Origin: Eledone cirrhosa
Taxonomy: Eukaryota
DNA length: 64,000 nucleotides
Direction: 5' to 3'
Assembly (NCBI GenBank): GCA_964016885.1
Contig: OZ024753.1
Span: 12,524,001 to 12,588,000 of the forward strand
The first letter of the stretch is position 1; every line of letters begins with the position of its first letter. Below the pieces are notes generated by a model. The model did not search any database. It was not told the DNA's origin and saw nothing but the letters and a program-made list of their open reading frames with translations. This document shows positions 45,851-57,355 of the stretch, piece after piece. The position numbers and the translations under genes were made by a program.

Positions 45851-47121
45851 CGTGTCGAATATACAAAAGGAGTGAACGTAGACGTATTGATAGAATAACA
45901 GATATGGAGTCAGTTAGATCGATAGATTTGCCATGATTGAGGCAGAGAAGCATATATGAATATAGGCAGACAGACGGGTATGACTGTTAACCTGGGTTGT
46001 GTGTAAAAAACAACAAGGAAAATAAAATTGAGAGATCAAAAGAATGATGAAAATACATATAAAATTGCATAGAAACGATATCAATGCTATCTATGACTAA
46101 TAACCAGTACAGAACCTATATAAAATTTAGTCCAATGAAGTAGCTCATGGATGTAAACTTTTGTCTAGTGTCACTAGTGTCTTTGATGTTTCTATTACAT
46201 AGTATCACGCACACTTGATCTGCTGAAGGGAAGTTAATGCACTGATAAAATCGTAGAGTCTGTACATCAAACGCACATGAATATATACAATCATATATAT
46301 ACTAGCATACACTCACATTCACACACATACGTACACGCACTTAAAGAAACATATGTACACCAAAGTCATACTCTCGTATGCTGTTTGTTGTTCCATCGGG
46401 AACGTTATTTCTGTTTCTTGTTTCTATTAAACATGCCACGTACATACACTGGTGTATATATAATTTGTCGACATTTAAATATACAAATTTCCTCATAGTA
46501 TACCTTACATTAAATGTATTTCAAATTTATAATGATTTTCATCGATATTGTAGCTTATGTCTTATTCATTCACAGATACAGCTTTTTGTCAGACAATTCT
46601 ATTTCCAATTACATTTCCTTTTTATATTTAGGGTAATTCCAGGTTTCTCTACGTTACGAAAGAGGTATTTATGATATTTGAATTGAAATTGTATCTGCTA
46701 TCAAACGAAATACTGATGACAGGTTTTTTAAACGGGACAGACATTTATATTCACAGGCATTCCATTTGGGAAATAAAAATATATTGGATATATACCAAAT
46801 GGGTTTCACAAATTTCCATACAAATTATTCATGCAAAACATTATCAATATGATCTTTCTTCTTTGATTTGAAGTTAATAGCATATCATTTATAATGATGT
46901 AATGGAGACAAAAATGTAAAGACTGGAGTTGCATATACGGGTTTTTGCTAACCCATTTGATGCGCCAGATGATGTCAATGAACCAGCACACGAGGTGGGT
47001 GACGTAATACATACTCATCGCAATTTCATTCCTGGGTCATTTTAACGACCTGACCTTACACTAGCCGGCAGTAGGTGATATATTTACCAACTGAGACTTT
47101 ACGTCCTATAGAATGGAAATA

Positions 47122-47172
47122 GCTTTCTGAAGAGCCGATCTTTCCATTGGAGGCGAAACCGTCGGTAAAAGC
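47122..47172 (+). ncRNA. Type I hammerhead ribozyme with canonical core
   Basis: gcttt CTGAAGA gcc-gatctttccattgga-ggc GAAA ccgtcg GTA aaagc; G10.1-C11.1 pair; predicted cleavage after 47167. Confidence 0.75.
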
Positions 47173-47245
47173 ATTTTGGATAGAAAGAGCAAGTAGCCCT
47201 ATACACTTCTCCATTGACTGTGTATTACTTGTGCTTTATATAATA

Positions 47246-47433
47246 ATTGTTTCTACTTTTGGCACAAGGCCAGCAAATACCCAGTGTATTACTGGTACTT
47301 TATTTTATCGACCCCATAAAGATAAAAGGCAAAGTTAACCTCGGCAGGATTTGAACTCAGAATGGCAAGGGCCGTAACTCTATGCGTCAAAGCATGTCGT
47401 CCGACCCCCTACCGATACTGCCAATCCACCGCC
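47246..47433 (-). mobile_element. tRNA-derived SINE, full length
   Basis: Same family as 28917-29100. Confidence 0.85.
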
Positions 47434-47714
47434 CTTTATATAATAATGATTATTATTATTATTATTATTACAGTTGCATTTATCTTGCTTTATGTTCATA
47501 CGAGTTATCACCAAGTCACAACCAGTGACCTCAAGAGACAACAAGGTCCGCCATGTTCAAGAAAGAACATACATATTCACACATGCATCTTTAGTGTTTA
47601 GACTTGTGATGTACTTATATTGACAGAATCTTCCTTAGTATATGGGCAGTTCCCATTAGTACTATCTTTTGTATTTCTCCTATACGCGGGTTTCCTGGGA
47701 TTTGCGATATGTAA

Positions 47715-47768
<54 letters not shown>

Positions 47769-49448
47769 TGTTTGAAGTGAAAATATTCTGGGCTCCAGTC
47801 AACTTTTTAATGGAAAGATGAAATTTGATATAGAAACCAGCTTTTGCCGATGAAATGGATCGCGGCCCTTCCTCTCACTCTTCTACCACCACCACCACCG
47901 CTGTGCATGGCAGAGGTCCAGCCTCTGAAGACAGGCCCAAGGCCGGCTGCTCTTGGGACTGCCGCCAGATAGCGATGTTCGACCCATTTATCTAATCTAA
48001 TCTAATCTGGCCGAGTTACACTCTCAAAAAAGAAGAACCACGGCCGTCCCTAGGAGCAGTGGATGTGGTGTACTTCATATTTGTTTCGGTTGCTGAATAC
48101 AATCGGGGGTCGCTGCTTCTCTTCTAACTCGAGTGGGAGCACCTTCTCCATTGTCAATTTGCATTGATCATCTGCAAAGCCACATTGTTCTCAGAAACAC
48201 TACACCAGTCTAGAGATGTGTGTAGCTGGAACTACTCCCCCCCCCCACATTGATTTGGCAGGATTCTTTTTATTTATTTATTTATTATTTTTTAGATGGC
48301 TGTTGACTCTTATGAGTTCTTCCGCCCTTTGACAGGTTTAGTTTTTTGTTCTGCAGGGTGTCCTAAATCACCCACCTCAACAAGCAAGTTTGATGGGGTT
48401 GCCGGTTTAATCGCCGACTATCTGGCCATGCGACAGGTTGTACAGGGGTTACATGCTACCAGTAGCACTCAAGAGTGACCTGGCTGATAGTTCAATATAT
48501 AGGTATTCGTGCCAGCCCTTAGCTATGGTCACGGATCTTGGGTAATACCTCAAAGAATACGATCGCGAATACAAGCGGCCGAAAAGGGGTGTCTGCGAAG
48601 GGCATTATGAGTAACGTTGCTCGATAGTGTGTGTAGCTTGGAGATCAGAGTTGCTCCAGGTGGAGCCATTACGTTTCCGAATTGAGAGATAACAGCTCCG
48701 TTACTATGAGCATGTGGTTAGAATATCTCAGAAAAAAATCGCTGGGCAGATTTGAAGAAGAAGAAAAAGAAGAAGAAAAGAAGTAGAAGAAGAAGAATTC
48801 AATTGATATGTTACCGGCCAAACGTGTTATTCGCCGAGCAATTAGTATATCTATCTCCCACACATACAAGAACTGCTACTTGAGAATTTCGGACATATGC
48901 TGAAAATGTTTTCCCTTCGATTTATATGAAATTTAAACCAGAGGTAAATGACAAGATATTATGCCTATTTAAAAAATGTTGAATCGATATTTTAAAAAAA
49001 ATTATTTACAAGAAACAAAATAAGAATAAGATTTCATAATTGTTTCTACTTTTGGCACAAGGCCAGCAAATATCCAGTACATTACTGGTACTTTATTTTA
49101 TTGACCCCGTAATATAAAGAATAAGATTTAATAATGTAATTTTGATTTGATATATTACCAAAAAATAATGTTTTTCAATTTTTCATGCATTACATTTTAC
49201 ATTGAGTAATATTGAAATGCAGATTTTTTTCCATAAATTATATCACTGATTTAAAATCAATCATCATTTTCTTACAAAAGAAAAATGTGTGAAACGCGGC
49301 AAGGCGTGGGTATTTCGGCTAGTATATATATATATATATAGTAAGAATGTTTTCGAAACAGCGAGTATTTTGAATAAAGAAATTAAAGAAATTATTTAGC
49401 CTGATAGTGGGGTTAAGAACCCTCGGAGAAATGGAAAGAGATGAGTAT

Positions 49449-49520
49449 TGACGTACATGGGAGTCGAACCCACATATTTGTTTATCCGAACCACTGTGCT
49501 ACCATTTACACCAACACATC
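49449..49520 (-). pseudogene. tRNA-like sequence (pseudogene or repeat head); isotype not assignable
   Basis: GATGTGT TG GTGT AAATGGTA GCAC...GTGGG TTCGACT CCCAT GTACGTC A; acceptor, D and T arms pair but the anticodon stem does not. Confidence 0.55.
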
Positions 49521-49677
49521 ATATATATATAACAAATAAAGCGGGTGTGGTAAGATACTAGGTGGATCATAACGCACCAGAGTACTCAATACTTAGGGCA
49601 GTAGAGTGGGAAATAGGAAAAGTCCGGATCTAGCTGTCGAAACGGCTGGAGCTTAGTCGCTGGGGTCCTGACAGTTT

Positions 49678-49730
<53 letters not shown>

Positions 49731-49732
<2 letters not shown>

Positions 49733-49928
49733 AACGAGTAGGACCCAGACGGCTGAGTTCAAGCCGTTTCGACGGCTAATTCTGGACTAAGTTTAGTCCA
49801 GAATTAGCCGTCGAAACGGCTTGAGCTCAGCCGTCGGGGTCCTACAAATTCCTATTACCCACTCTACTACCCTAAGTATTGAGTACTTTGGTGCGTTATG
49901 GTCCACCTGGTTCCTTACCACATTTCCT

Positions 49929-49931
<3 letters not shown>
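49731..49931. mobile_element. (TA)n-flanked palindromic cassette of two half-hammerheads plus tail; relatives at 32813-32951, 49531-49681 and 52141-52292
   Basis: Palindrome centred ~49791; each arm GAAA cggct-tgag(c/a)tc-agcc GTC (g/t)gggtcct; CTGANGA half absent. Confidence 0.65.
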
Positions 49932-50001
<70 letters not shown>

Positions 50002-50265
50002 GGCGAGTGGGAGCAACATAAAAACATTGCAAAAACCAAAGTATATAAGTAAGTGGCGTATATTACATTTTATCTGCTTAGGAATAACCCAATGTATGTT
50101 TTAAATACTTCAATCTAATTACATATAATACTTCCAGCTAAATTAGCAACATTGGGATTTTGATACGATTAAACATTGTTAAAATATTTATTTTGTCATA
50201 AACTGTCTGAGATAACCTCCGGCTTTCCATACTCACAGCATGCATATCTGCCTATATTATATTTT

Positions 50266-50914
50266 TGCATTTCATCCTTACGGGGTCGATAAAATAAAGT
50301 ACCAGTAATGCACTGGGTAATTGCTGGCCTTGTACCTAAAGTGGAAACAATTATATTATATTATATTATATTATATAAAGTACCAGTAATGTACTGAAAA
50401 ATTGCTGGCCTTGTGCCAAAAGTAGAAACAATTATATTATATTACATTATATTATATAAAGTACCAGTAATGTACTGAGTAATTGCTGGCCTTGTGCCAA
50501 AAGTAGAAACAATTATATTATATTACATTATATTATATAAAGTACCAGTAATGTACTGGTAATTGCTGGCCTTGTGCCAAAAGTAGAAACAATTATATTA
50601 TATTACATTATATTATATAAAGTACCAGTAATGTACTGAGTAATTGCTGGCCTTGTGCCAAAAGTAGAAACAATTATATTATATTACATTATATTATATA
50701 AAGTACCAGTAATGTACTGAGTGATTGCTGGCCTTGTGCCAAAAGTAGAAACAATTATATTATATTACATTATATTATATAAAGTACCAGTAATGTACTG
50801 AGTAATTGCTGGCCTTCTGCTAAAAGTAGAAACAATTATATTATACTATATTATATTATATAAAGTACCAGTAATGTACTGGTAATTGCTGGCCTTGTGC
50901 CAAAAGTAGAAACA
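50266..50914 (+). repeat. SINE-derived minisatellite: eight ~81-bp units of the SINE 3' end plus (TTATA)n tail
   Basis: aaagtaccagtaat...aaagtagaaacaattatattata starting at ~50296, 50377, 50458, 50539, 50619, 50700, 50781 and 50862. Confidence 0.9.
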
Positions 50915-51274
50915 ATTATATTATATTATATTATACTACATTTGATTATATTATATTATATAGATATTATATTATTTTATATTACATTATATTATATTAT
51001 ATTATATTATACAGAATTATATTATATTATATTACAATATATTATATTATATTATACAATATTATAGTATACAGTATTGTATTATATTATTATATATTTT
51101 TTCAATCTTATATTGAGATGGATTAATATATATTCACAATGCTTGTTTTTAAGGCTATTTCTGCAATAAACACAAACATACTCTCATGTGTATGTATGTA
51201 TATTGTATTAGTGCGTATGTACACACACACACGCATATATATATTTATCCTTATATGCATATGTATCTATCTAT

Positions 51275-51759
51275 AAAAACGAAAGAGGGGCAGTTTTCCT
51301 CTGTACAGTGGCTATGGTGAAAGTGGTTATATGGTGACGAGATTTAGAGGACTGAGGACAGATGCCTTTCTCTCCGGACAACAATCGATTCCCTTCTTTA
51401 AGTATCACTTTAGAAGGAGAATCAGAGTGGGGAGAGAGGCACAGCACCCCAGTAAATTTACTGAAAGGTGGGTGAATGTGTCAAAAATGGCCCGAGTATT
51501 TGGGCCATCTCTGTTTATAAGCCTGTATGTTAAAGAAGAGAGCAAAAGGAAGAAAAGAGCACTTGCATAACACGCTCCTGAAGTTGAGGTCTGTTCTATC
51601 GACGGCGTATTAAACAAGCCATTTCTGGCGCTTGCCCCCTATGGGGATTTCGATTGTTATAATTGTTTGTTTTATATTTTTCACACGACTGTATGTAAAA
51701 TCCCCGGCATATCTTTGTATTGTCCCCTTTTCTTGTGCGCCCTTGTGGCAAATAAAGAA

Positions 51760-51809
<50 letters not shown>

Positions 51810-51816
51810 ATATCTA
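51275..51816 (+). mobile_element. 5'-truncated Tx1/L1-group LINE (same family as 57356-61419) with (TCTA)n tail
   Basis: High identity to 60915-61419; preceded by tatctatcta; ends AATAAAGAAA(TCTA)n. Confidence 0.9.
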
Positions 51817-52015
51817 CTTTTTTCGGGGGTGTGTGCCACCCTCCAAGGCGCCTCCTCTCTATTGAGGACTTTGTTATAAATTTTATATTTTGTTATATTT
51901 TATTTTATTTTTATATATTGTTATTGCCTCCTCCTTATTGAGGACGCCTTGTTTTGTAAACTCCCCCCATTGTACTTGTCCCACTTTTGATGCCCTGGTG
52001 GCAAATAAAAGAAAC

Positions 52016-52081
<66 letters not shown>

Positions 52082-52087
52082 TTATCA

Positions 52088-52137
<50 letters not shown>
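51817..52137 (+). mobile_element. 3' UTR fragment of a second Tx1-like family (as 56074-56285) with long (TCTA)n tail
   Basis: Matches the reverse complement of 56084-56285; starts directly after the previous tail. Confidence 0.85.
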
Positions 52138-52392
52138 GAAAAGCGTCAGGACCTTGACGGTTGAGATCCGGCCGTTTCGACAGCTAGATCCGAGCTAAGT
52201 TATATTGGATATAGCTGTTGAAACGGCCGGAGTTCAGCAGTCGGGTTCCTGACTCTTTTTCATATTACCCACTCTACTACCTTAATTATCGACTACGTTA
52301 CTGTCTAGCTGCCACAGCTTCTTTGTTTTACATCATGTATATATTAATATACATATATTTTTTCATATATGTATATATATATATATATATAT

Positions 52393-52745
52393 ATTAGGTA
52401 TAGGATTATCCAAGATGTAGTAATGGTTAATTACTACACTGGATATGGTTGACGTACGGTAAGAGGTTACTCTACGAGTTATGGAAGAATTGTTCAAGAA
52501 ACTTAGTTCCTGATCCTTCAGTATTCCGGAGTGTAGATAAAGAATGAATAATAACAGGTAGACATCATAAAAAGGTAATTTATTCCGTGTGCTTACAAAT
52601 GTTTCCACGGCGGTACTGCAGCCTAGTTATGCTACGTGCAAATTCACAAGTACTTGCAGAACTCGAATATCCAATGCTGTGACAAATGCTTGTAAGCACA
52701 CGGAATAAATTACCTTTTTATGATGTCTACCTGTTATTATTCATT

Positions 52746-52750
<5 letters not shown>
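52393..52750. mobile_element. (TA)n-flanked IR cassette (arms ~52537-52598 / 52691-52750), related in layout to 4158-5053
   Basis: Minus strand GAAAC-ATTT-GTA agcacacggAATAAA (hammerhead 3' half); tattccggag motif shared with ~4250. Confidence 0.55.
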
Positions 52751-52804
<54 letters not shown>

Positions 52805-52808
<4 letters not shown>

Positions 52809-53085
52809 GTTATACTTGGGGAGGGTCATATTGTTATAATATTGCCAGAAAGAATAACAGAACAAACTCACTGTTTGGTTTGGCTTGGTTTTCGCTTCTG
52901 TATCTTTTATATCTCTATAGTTAATTTATCTGGCAAAAATTAACTATGGTAATATAACAAGATACAAAAGCGAAAACCAATCCGAACCAAACAGTTAGTG
53001 TTTTCTGTTATTATTTCTGGCAATATTATAATAGCATGACCCTCCCCAAGTACAACAATATTTGTTTCGACACACGATTTCATAT
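52805..53085. mobile_element. Palindromic cassette centred ~52932 plus tail
   Basis: Arms 52808-52926 and 52940-53058 are imperfect reverse complements. Confidence 0.7.
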
Positions 53086-53240
53086 CACCTTATGCAGATC
53101 TTCAGCTGAAGATCCGTATAAGGTGAAACAGTTGTTCTAGGTAATGTGAACTAACTCTTGTGTTACCACTTCTACCAAACTAGTCCCATGGACTGAGTGC
53201 TTTACCATTACGGATATTACCGTACGGTTTTCTACCTATC
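53085..53240 (+). mobile_element. Cassette with fold-back exactly at the hammerhead core (cag|CTGAAGA)
   Basis: tcaccttatgcagatcttcag|CTGAAGA t-cc-gtataa-gg-t GAAA cagtt GTT; stem I 5' strand replaced by the inversion. Confidence 0.55.
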
Positions 53241-53246
53241 TCTCTC

Positions 53247-53316
<70 letters not shown>

Positions 53317-53317
<1 letters not shown>

Positions 53318-53507
53318 GTTATTCCGGGTTGAATCGGAGGTAACCACAGTAAGTAAGGTACTCAATACATTGCAGAGTATAAAAGTTTTAATATAGATGA
53401 GATTCTACAGGACTAGAACTGTTTCATTCTTTAGAAATCATCAGGAATCTTTAGAGATTCCTGATGATTTCTAAAGAATGAAACAGTTCTAGTCCTGTAG
53501 AATCTCA

Positions 53508-53510
<3 letters not shown>
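53317..53510. mobile_element. Twin-hammerhead palindromic cassette, dispersed copy with both folds intact
   Basis: Minus-strand fold 53400-53450 and plus-strand fold 53454-53506; long (TA)n on both sides. Confidence 0.85.
53454..53506 (+). ncRNA. Type I hammerhead ribozyme
   Basis: gagattc CTGATGA t-ttc-taaa-gaa-t GAAA cag-ttctagtc-ct GTA gaatctc; 7-bp stem I, 4-bp stem III, predicted cleavage after 53499. Confidence 0.8.
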
Positions 53511-53545
<35 letters not shown>

Positions 53546-54337
53546 AGATATGTGTGTATATATTTATGCCGGTTAGTATCTTTCGACATCGTTTCACGTT
53601 CTTCAGTGTTCAATTTCAGAATCATTTACGCTTCTCTCATTTACGCTTTCTTTATCATTATTCCGTGTAAAAACAACACAAAACGAAACAAATAAATCTC
53701 ACACCGTCTCCAGAATTCTATTTGCTCAGCATGACGACATATATATTAAGTCATATAAATATAACTTTCTAATACAACTACTTTTTTTTAGAGAAAGTAT
53801 AATATATTATATCCTTAGCAAAAAGGTGGAAAAACGATATAATGTAGTATGTGAAAGAATGATAAGGGATATATATCAGTAACTCTCAAACACTTGAACA
53901 ATCCTATATGGTAATGTTGACTATCTGGAAAGAAAAAAAAAAACGAAATGAAAATCATTTTGCACTTTATTATTATCTATAACACAACTTCCTTGTGTAA
54001 ATAAAACAAATATTTGTCAGTAAAGAATAGCAAGAGATAATTACAGAATGAAAAGCAACTCTGAAAGACTTAAGAATATATATAAACAAAAGAATGTAAG
54101 TAACCTTATTAAGAATAGCAACAATAATCACACTGTTCCAGAGAATAGAAAATAGAATTAGATAAATATAGAAGAGTAAAGCAATATATAATGAGTTCAC
54201 TATTGTTTTTTTTATATTTTCTATATCCTTCTTCTTATCTTTGAGAATCATATCATCTCACCCCTATTTTTCACAAACTTACTCTTTTTTTTGCTTTCTC
54301 TTTATATATATATATATGAATTTATGTATATGTAAAC

Positions 54338-54388
<51 letters not shown>

Positions 54389-54500
54389 AAGACTTTGAGG
54401 GGCGACTGGCCGAGGTGAAGAAAGCTAGTTAGTCAGTCGTCCTCTCAGTCTCTGATTTTTCGGACCCATGGTTTTTACATATTCCTTTGTTATATTTCGA

Positions 54501-54558
54501 ATACTTGATGATATCACCGGATTCATATGGAACCCGGTCATTGAAATGATCATAGTAT
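54501..54558 (+). ncRNA. Hammerhead fold with C3-to-U core change
   Basis: atac TTGATGA t-atcaccgg...ccggtcat-t GAAA tgatc ATA gtat; palindromic ATGATCAT stem III; followed by AATAAA, a ttgagtac motif and (TA)n. Confidence 0.55.
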
Positions 54559-55245
54559 AATAAATCTTTCAAGGATTTACACCAGTCCAGCCTCCTGTTA
54601 TTTTGTTTATAATTAACTCCGTATTAGCACCACCAACTACACAAACGAAGACGGGTGAACTGCACTACGTTGAGTACTTTCCACAATATTACACCAAGAT
54701 TGACCATACAGAATGACCAATTCTATCCAGTGGTGAACCAACAAACCTAAAGAAATATATATATATATATATATATATACATAGCTATAATATGTCTCTG
54801 TATGTCTGGGTGTCTGCATTAGATACATAGCTATAACGTTGCACGCTTATAATATCTGTCTGTCTTCACGAACCAAAGTATCGTCTTCCTGTTTTCCTTC
54901 GGTTGCAACGTTTTTCGAAATATTTACTTCTGCGTTCACAGATTGATTTTTTTTAGTTTCAGAATATCCCGTTAAGGTCGAAAGCAGCGATTCTTTGCTT
55001 AAACTTTAATCTGTTATTTTAATATATATATATATATTATAATTATATATTCGTGTATTATATATTCGTGTATATATTCTATTTTCATATATTCTTTCCT
55101 TTGTTCAATAACCTTTATTTAACCTTTCTTCTATCCAACTTATATATATTATTATTCCTTCCCTTTTACACTCATAATAATTCGTCCATTATACTATAAC
55201 AGAGAGACATCCTTCCCTCCATATGTCTTTGTCTCTATCTATCTA

Positions 55246-55930
55246 GCGCGACCAGGAAACCGTCGCGCACGCATTTGTACACTGCCCGAGCGTTACCGAC
55301 TGTGGGGCTATGTAGAACGACTATTGTCGCGGGTGGGACCAATCCAGTTGACCACCGAGTCCATTGTCATGATCAAACCGCCACCCTCCTTCAAAAACGA
55401 GGGAGAGGCGGTTTTCCTATGTATTATGGCTATGGTGAAAGAGGTTATATGGTGGAAGAGGTTAAAAGAGATGAGGTCAGACACCTTTCTCTCCGGCGAG
55501 CAACTGATTCGTTTTTTCAAATATCATTTTGGGAGAAGAATCAGGATGGAGGGAGAGGTGCTATACCCCAGAAAATGTTATATAAGGTGGGTGAATGTGG
55601 CAAAGATGGCCCGAGTGGTTGGGCCTTCTCTCTCTATAAGCCTGTAGGTTGAGGAAAAAGAGGAAGAGAGGAAGGGCGTACTCACTCTTGGTACTCCTGG
55701 AGATGAGGGTTGTACATTTTTTCGGGGTGTGTACAACCCCTGTGTAACGCCTCCCCCCCTGTTGGGGATATCAATTGTTATTTGTTATTTTATTCATAGT
55801 TTTATTTTCATATACCTGTATGTAAACTCCCAATTTGTATTTGTCTCCTTCTTTTGTGCCCTTGTGGCTAATAAAGAAAAACATTTACCTATCTATTTAT
55901 CTGTATGCCTGTATGTCTATTTTATATATA
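55246..55930 (+). mobile_element. 5'-truncated Tx1-like LINE (ORF2 C-terminus, 3' UTR, degenerate TCTA tail)
   Basis: ETVAHAFVHC...SRVGPIQLTTESIVMIKPP...RWVNVAKMARVVGPSLSISL*; begins right after ctctatctatcta. Confidence 0.9.
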
Positions 55931-56073
55931 GTTTATTGTTATTCATTATTGTTAAAGATTTTATGTAAAACCTCCGCCGTCACGTCTTGTAATGTCCCAT
56001 TTTTGTACCCCATTGTGGCAAATAAAGAAATATATCTATCTATCAATATATCTATCTATCTATCTATCTATCT
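55931..56073 (+). mobile_element. Short Tx1-like 3' end fragment with (TCTA)n tail
   Basis: gtggcaAATAAAgaaa-tatatctatc; identical inverted copy at 57244-57355. Confidence 0.8.
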
Positions 56074-57243
56074 TGATAGATAAGTTTCTTTTATTTGCCA
56101 CTAGGGCATCAAAAGTGGGACAAGTACAAAGGGGGGAGTTTACACAAAAAGGCGTCCTCAATAAGGAGGAGGCAATAACAAAATATAAAAATAAAATAAG
56201 ATATCACAAAAAATAAAATTTTTAACAAAATCCTCAATAGAGAGGAGGCGCCTTGGGGGGTCGCACACACCCCCGAAAAAAGTGTGCAACCCTTCTCCTC
56301 AGGAGCACAGAGAAGGGGTGCTCCCTTGGTCTTTCATCTTCCTCACCTATAGTCTGATGTAGAGTGAAGGCCCATTCACACGGGCCATTCTCGCCACTTT
56401 CACCCATCTTTCATAGAAACGGCTGGGGTGCAGCACCTCTCTCTCCATCCTGATCCTTCTTCCGAAATGATATCGGAAGAAACGGACCAGTTGTTGGCCA
56501 GAGAGAAAGGTGCCCGACCTCAGTCCTTTCAAACGCCTCCACCATACAACCTCTTTCACCATGGCTATTAGGCACAGAAACACCGCCTCTGCTTCATCTT
56601 TGAAGGGGGGAGGCGGCTTGATCATTACAATAGACTCGGTGGTCAACCGGATCGGTCCCACCCTTGACAGCAGTTTTTCGACATAGCCCCACAGATCGGC
56701 TGCGCCCGAGCAGTGTACCAATGCGTGTGCAACGGTTTCCTCGTCGCACACGCATCTGGGACAGATCTTTTTGGCGGGGTCCCTACCCGGGCGCCCGTGT
56801 CTGTAGAGCCTTTCTCGAACGGGTAAAGCCCCTCGGTAGCACTGCCAGGCCAGGGACTTCTGGAAGTTGTCCATAGGTCCCGGGCTGAATGTCCTACCGA
56901 ACAGGCTGGCCAGTTCGTCCTCCTCCATGTCTAGGGCTTCTCCGAGGGCGTCGTCGCACCTGCTGCGTACCAGCCCTCTATAGAATGTTGCGGTGGAGTC
57001 TCCACTGATAACCGGATCCGCCTGCCAGAGGGCGGTGAGCGCCTGGGCAACCTCAGTGTGCCAGGCGCCCAGTTTTCTCGGTCTTTGCTTGACCCAGGAT
57101 TGCAGCTCGGTGAGTGAGACGAGTCTGGGAAAGGTTCGTCTCACAAACGAGGCCCACACCGGTTGTCCGGTGAGGAATACGTAGAGGTGCCGTAGCCTTA
57201 ATGCGTGTTTACGCATCATTAGCCACGGCATCCCCAGCCCTCC
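56074..57243 (-). mobile_element. 5'-truncated Tx1-like LINE (ORF2 C-terminal ~298 codons, 57243-56347)
   Basis: GGLGMPWLMMRKHALRLRHL...CPRCVCDEETVAHALVHC...GPSLYIRL*; starts right after the tatctatcta tail of the 57244-57355 fragment. Confidence 0.92.
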
Positions 57244-57355
57244 TAGATAGATATATTTCTTTATTTGCCACAATGGGGTACAAAAATGGGACATTACAAG
57301 ACGTGACGGCGGAGGTTTTACATAAAATCTTTAACAATAATGAATAACAATAAAC
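57244..57355 (-). mobile_element. Short Tx1-like 3' end fragment
   Basis: Exact reverse complement of 55931-56042. Confidence 0.8.

Noticed and set aside
41146-45953. Long Cys/Val-rich ORFs
   Set aside because: Translations of the TG-rich satellite, open in several frames at once
50296-50914. CRISPR-like periodic array
   Set aside because: Units are wholly repeated SINE ends with no unique spacers
53578-53610. Minus-strand CTGAAGA-acgt-GAAAC-gat-GTC core
   Set aside because: No stem I complementarity and essentially no stem II; could be chance or a remnant
53973-54251. Hydrophobic 92-aa ORF resembling a membrane protein
   Set aside because: Explained by T-rich composition of the minus strand; no motif
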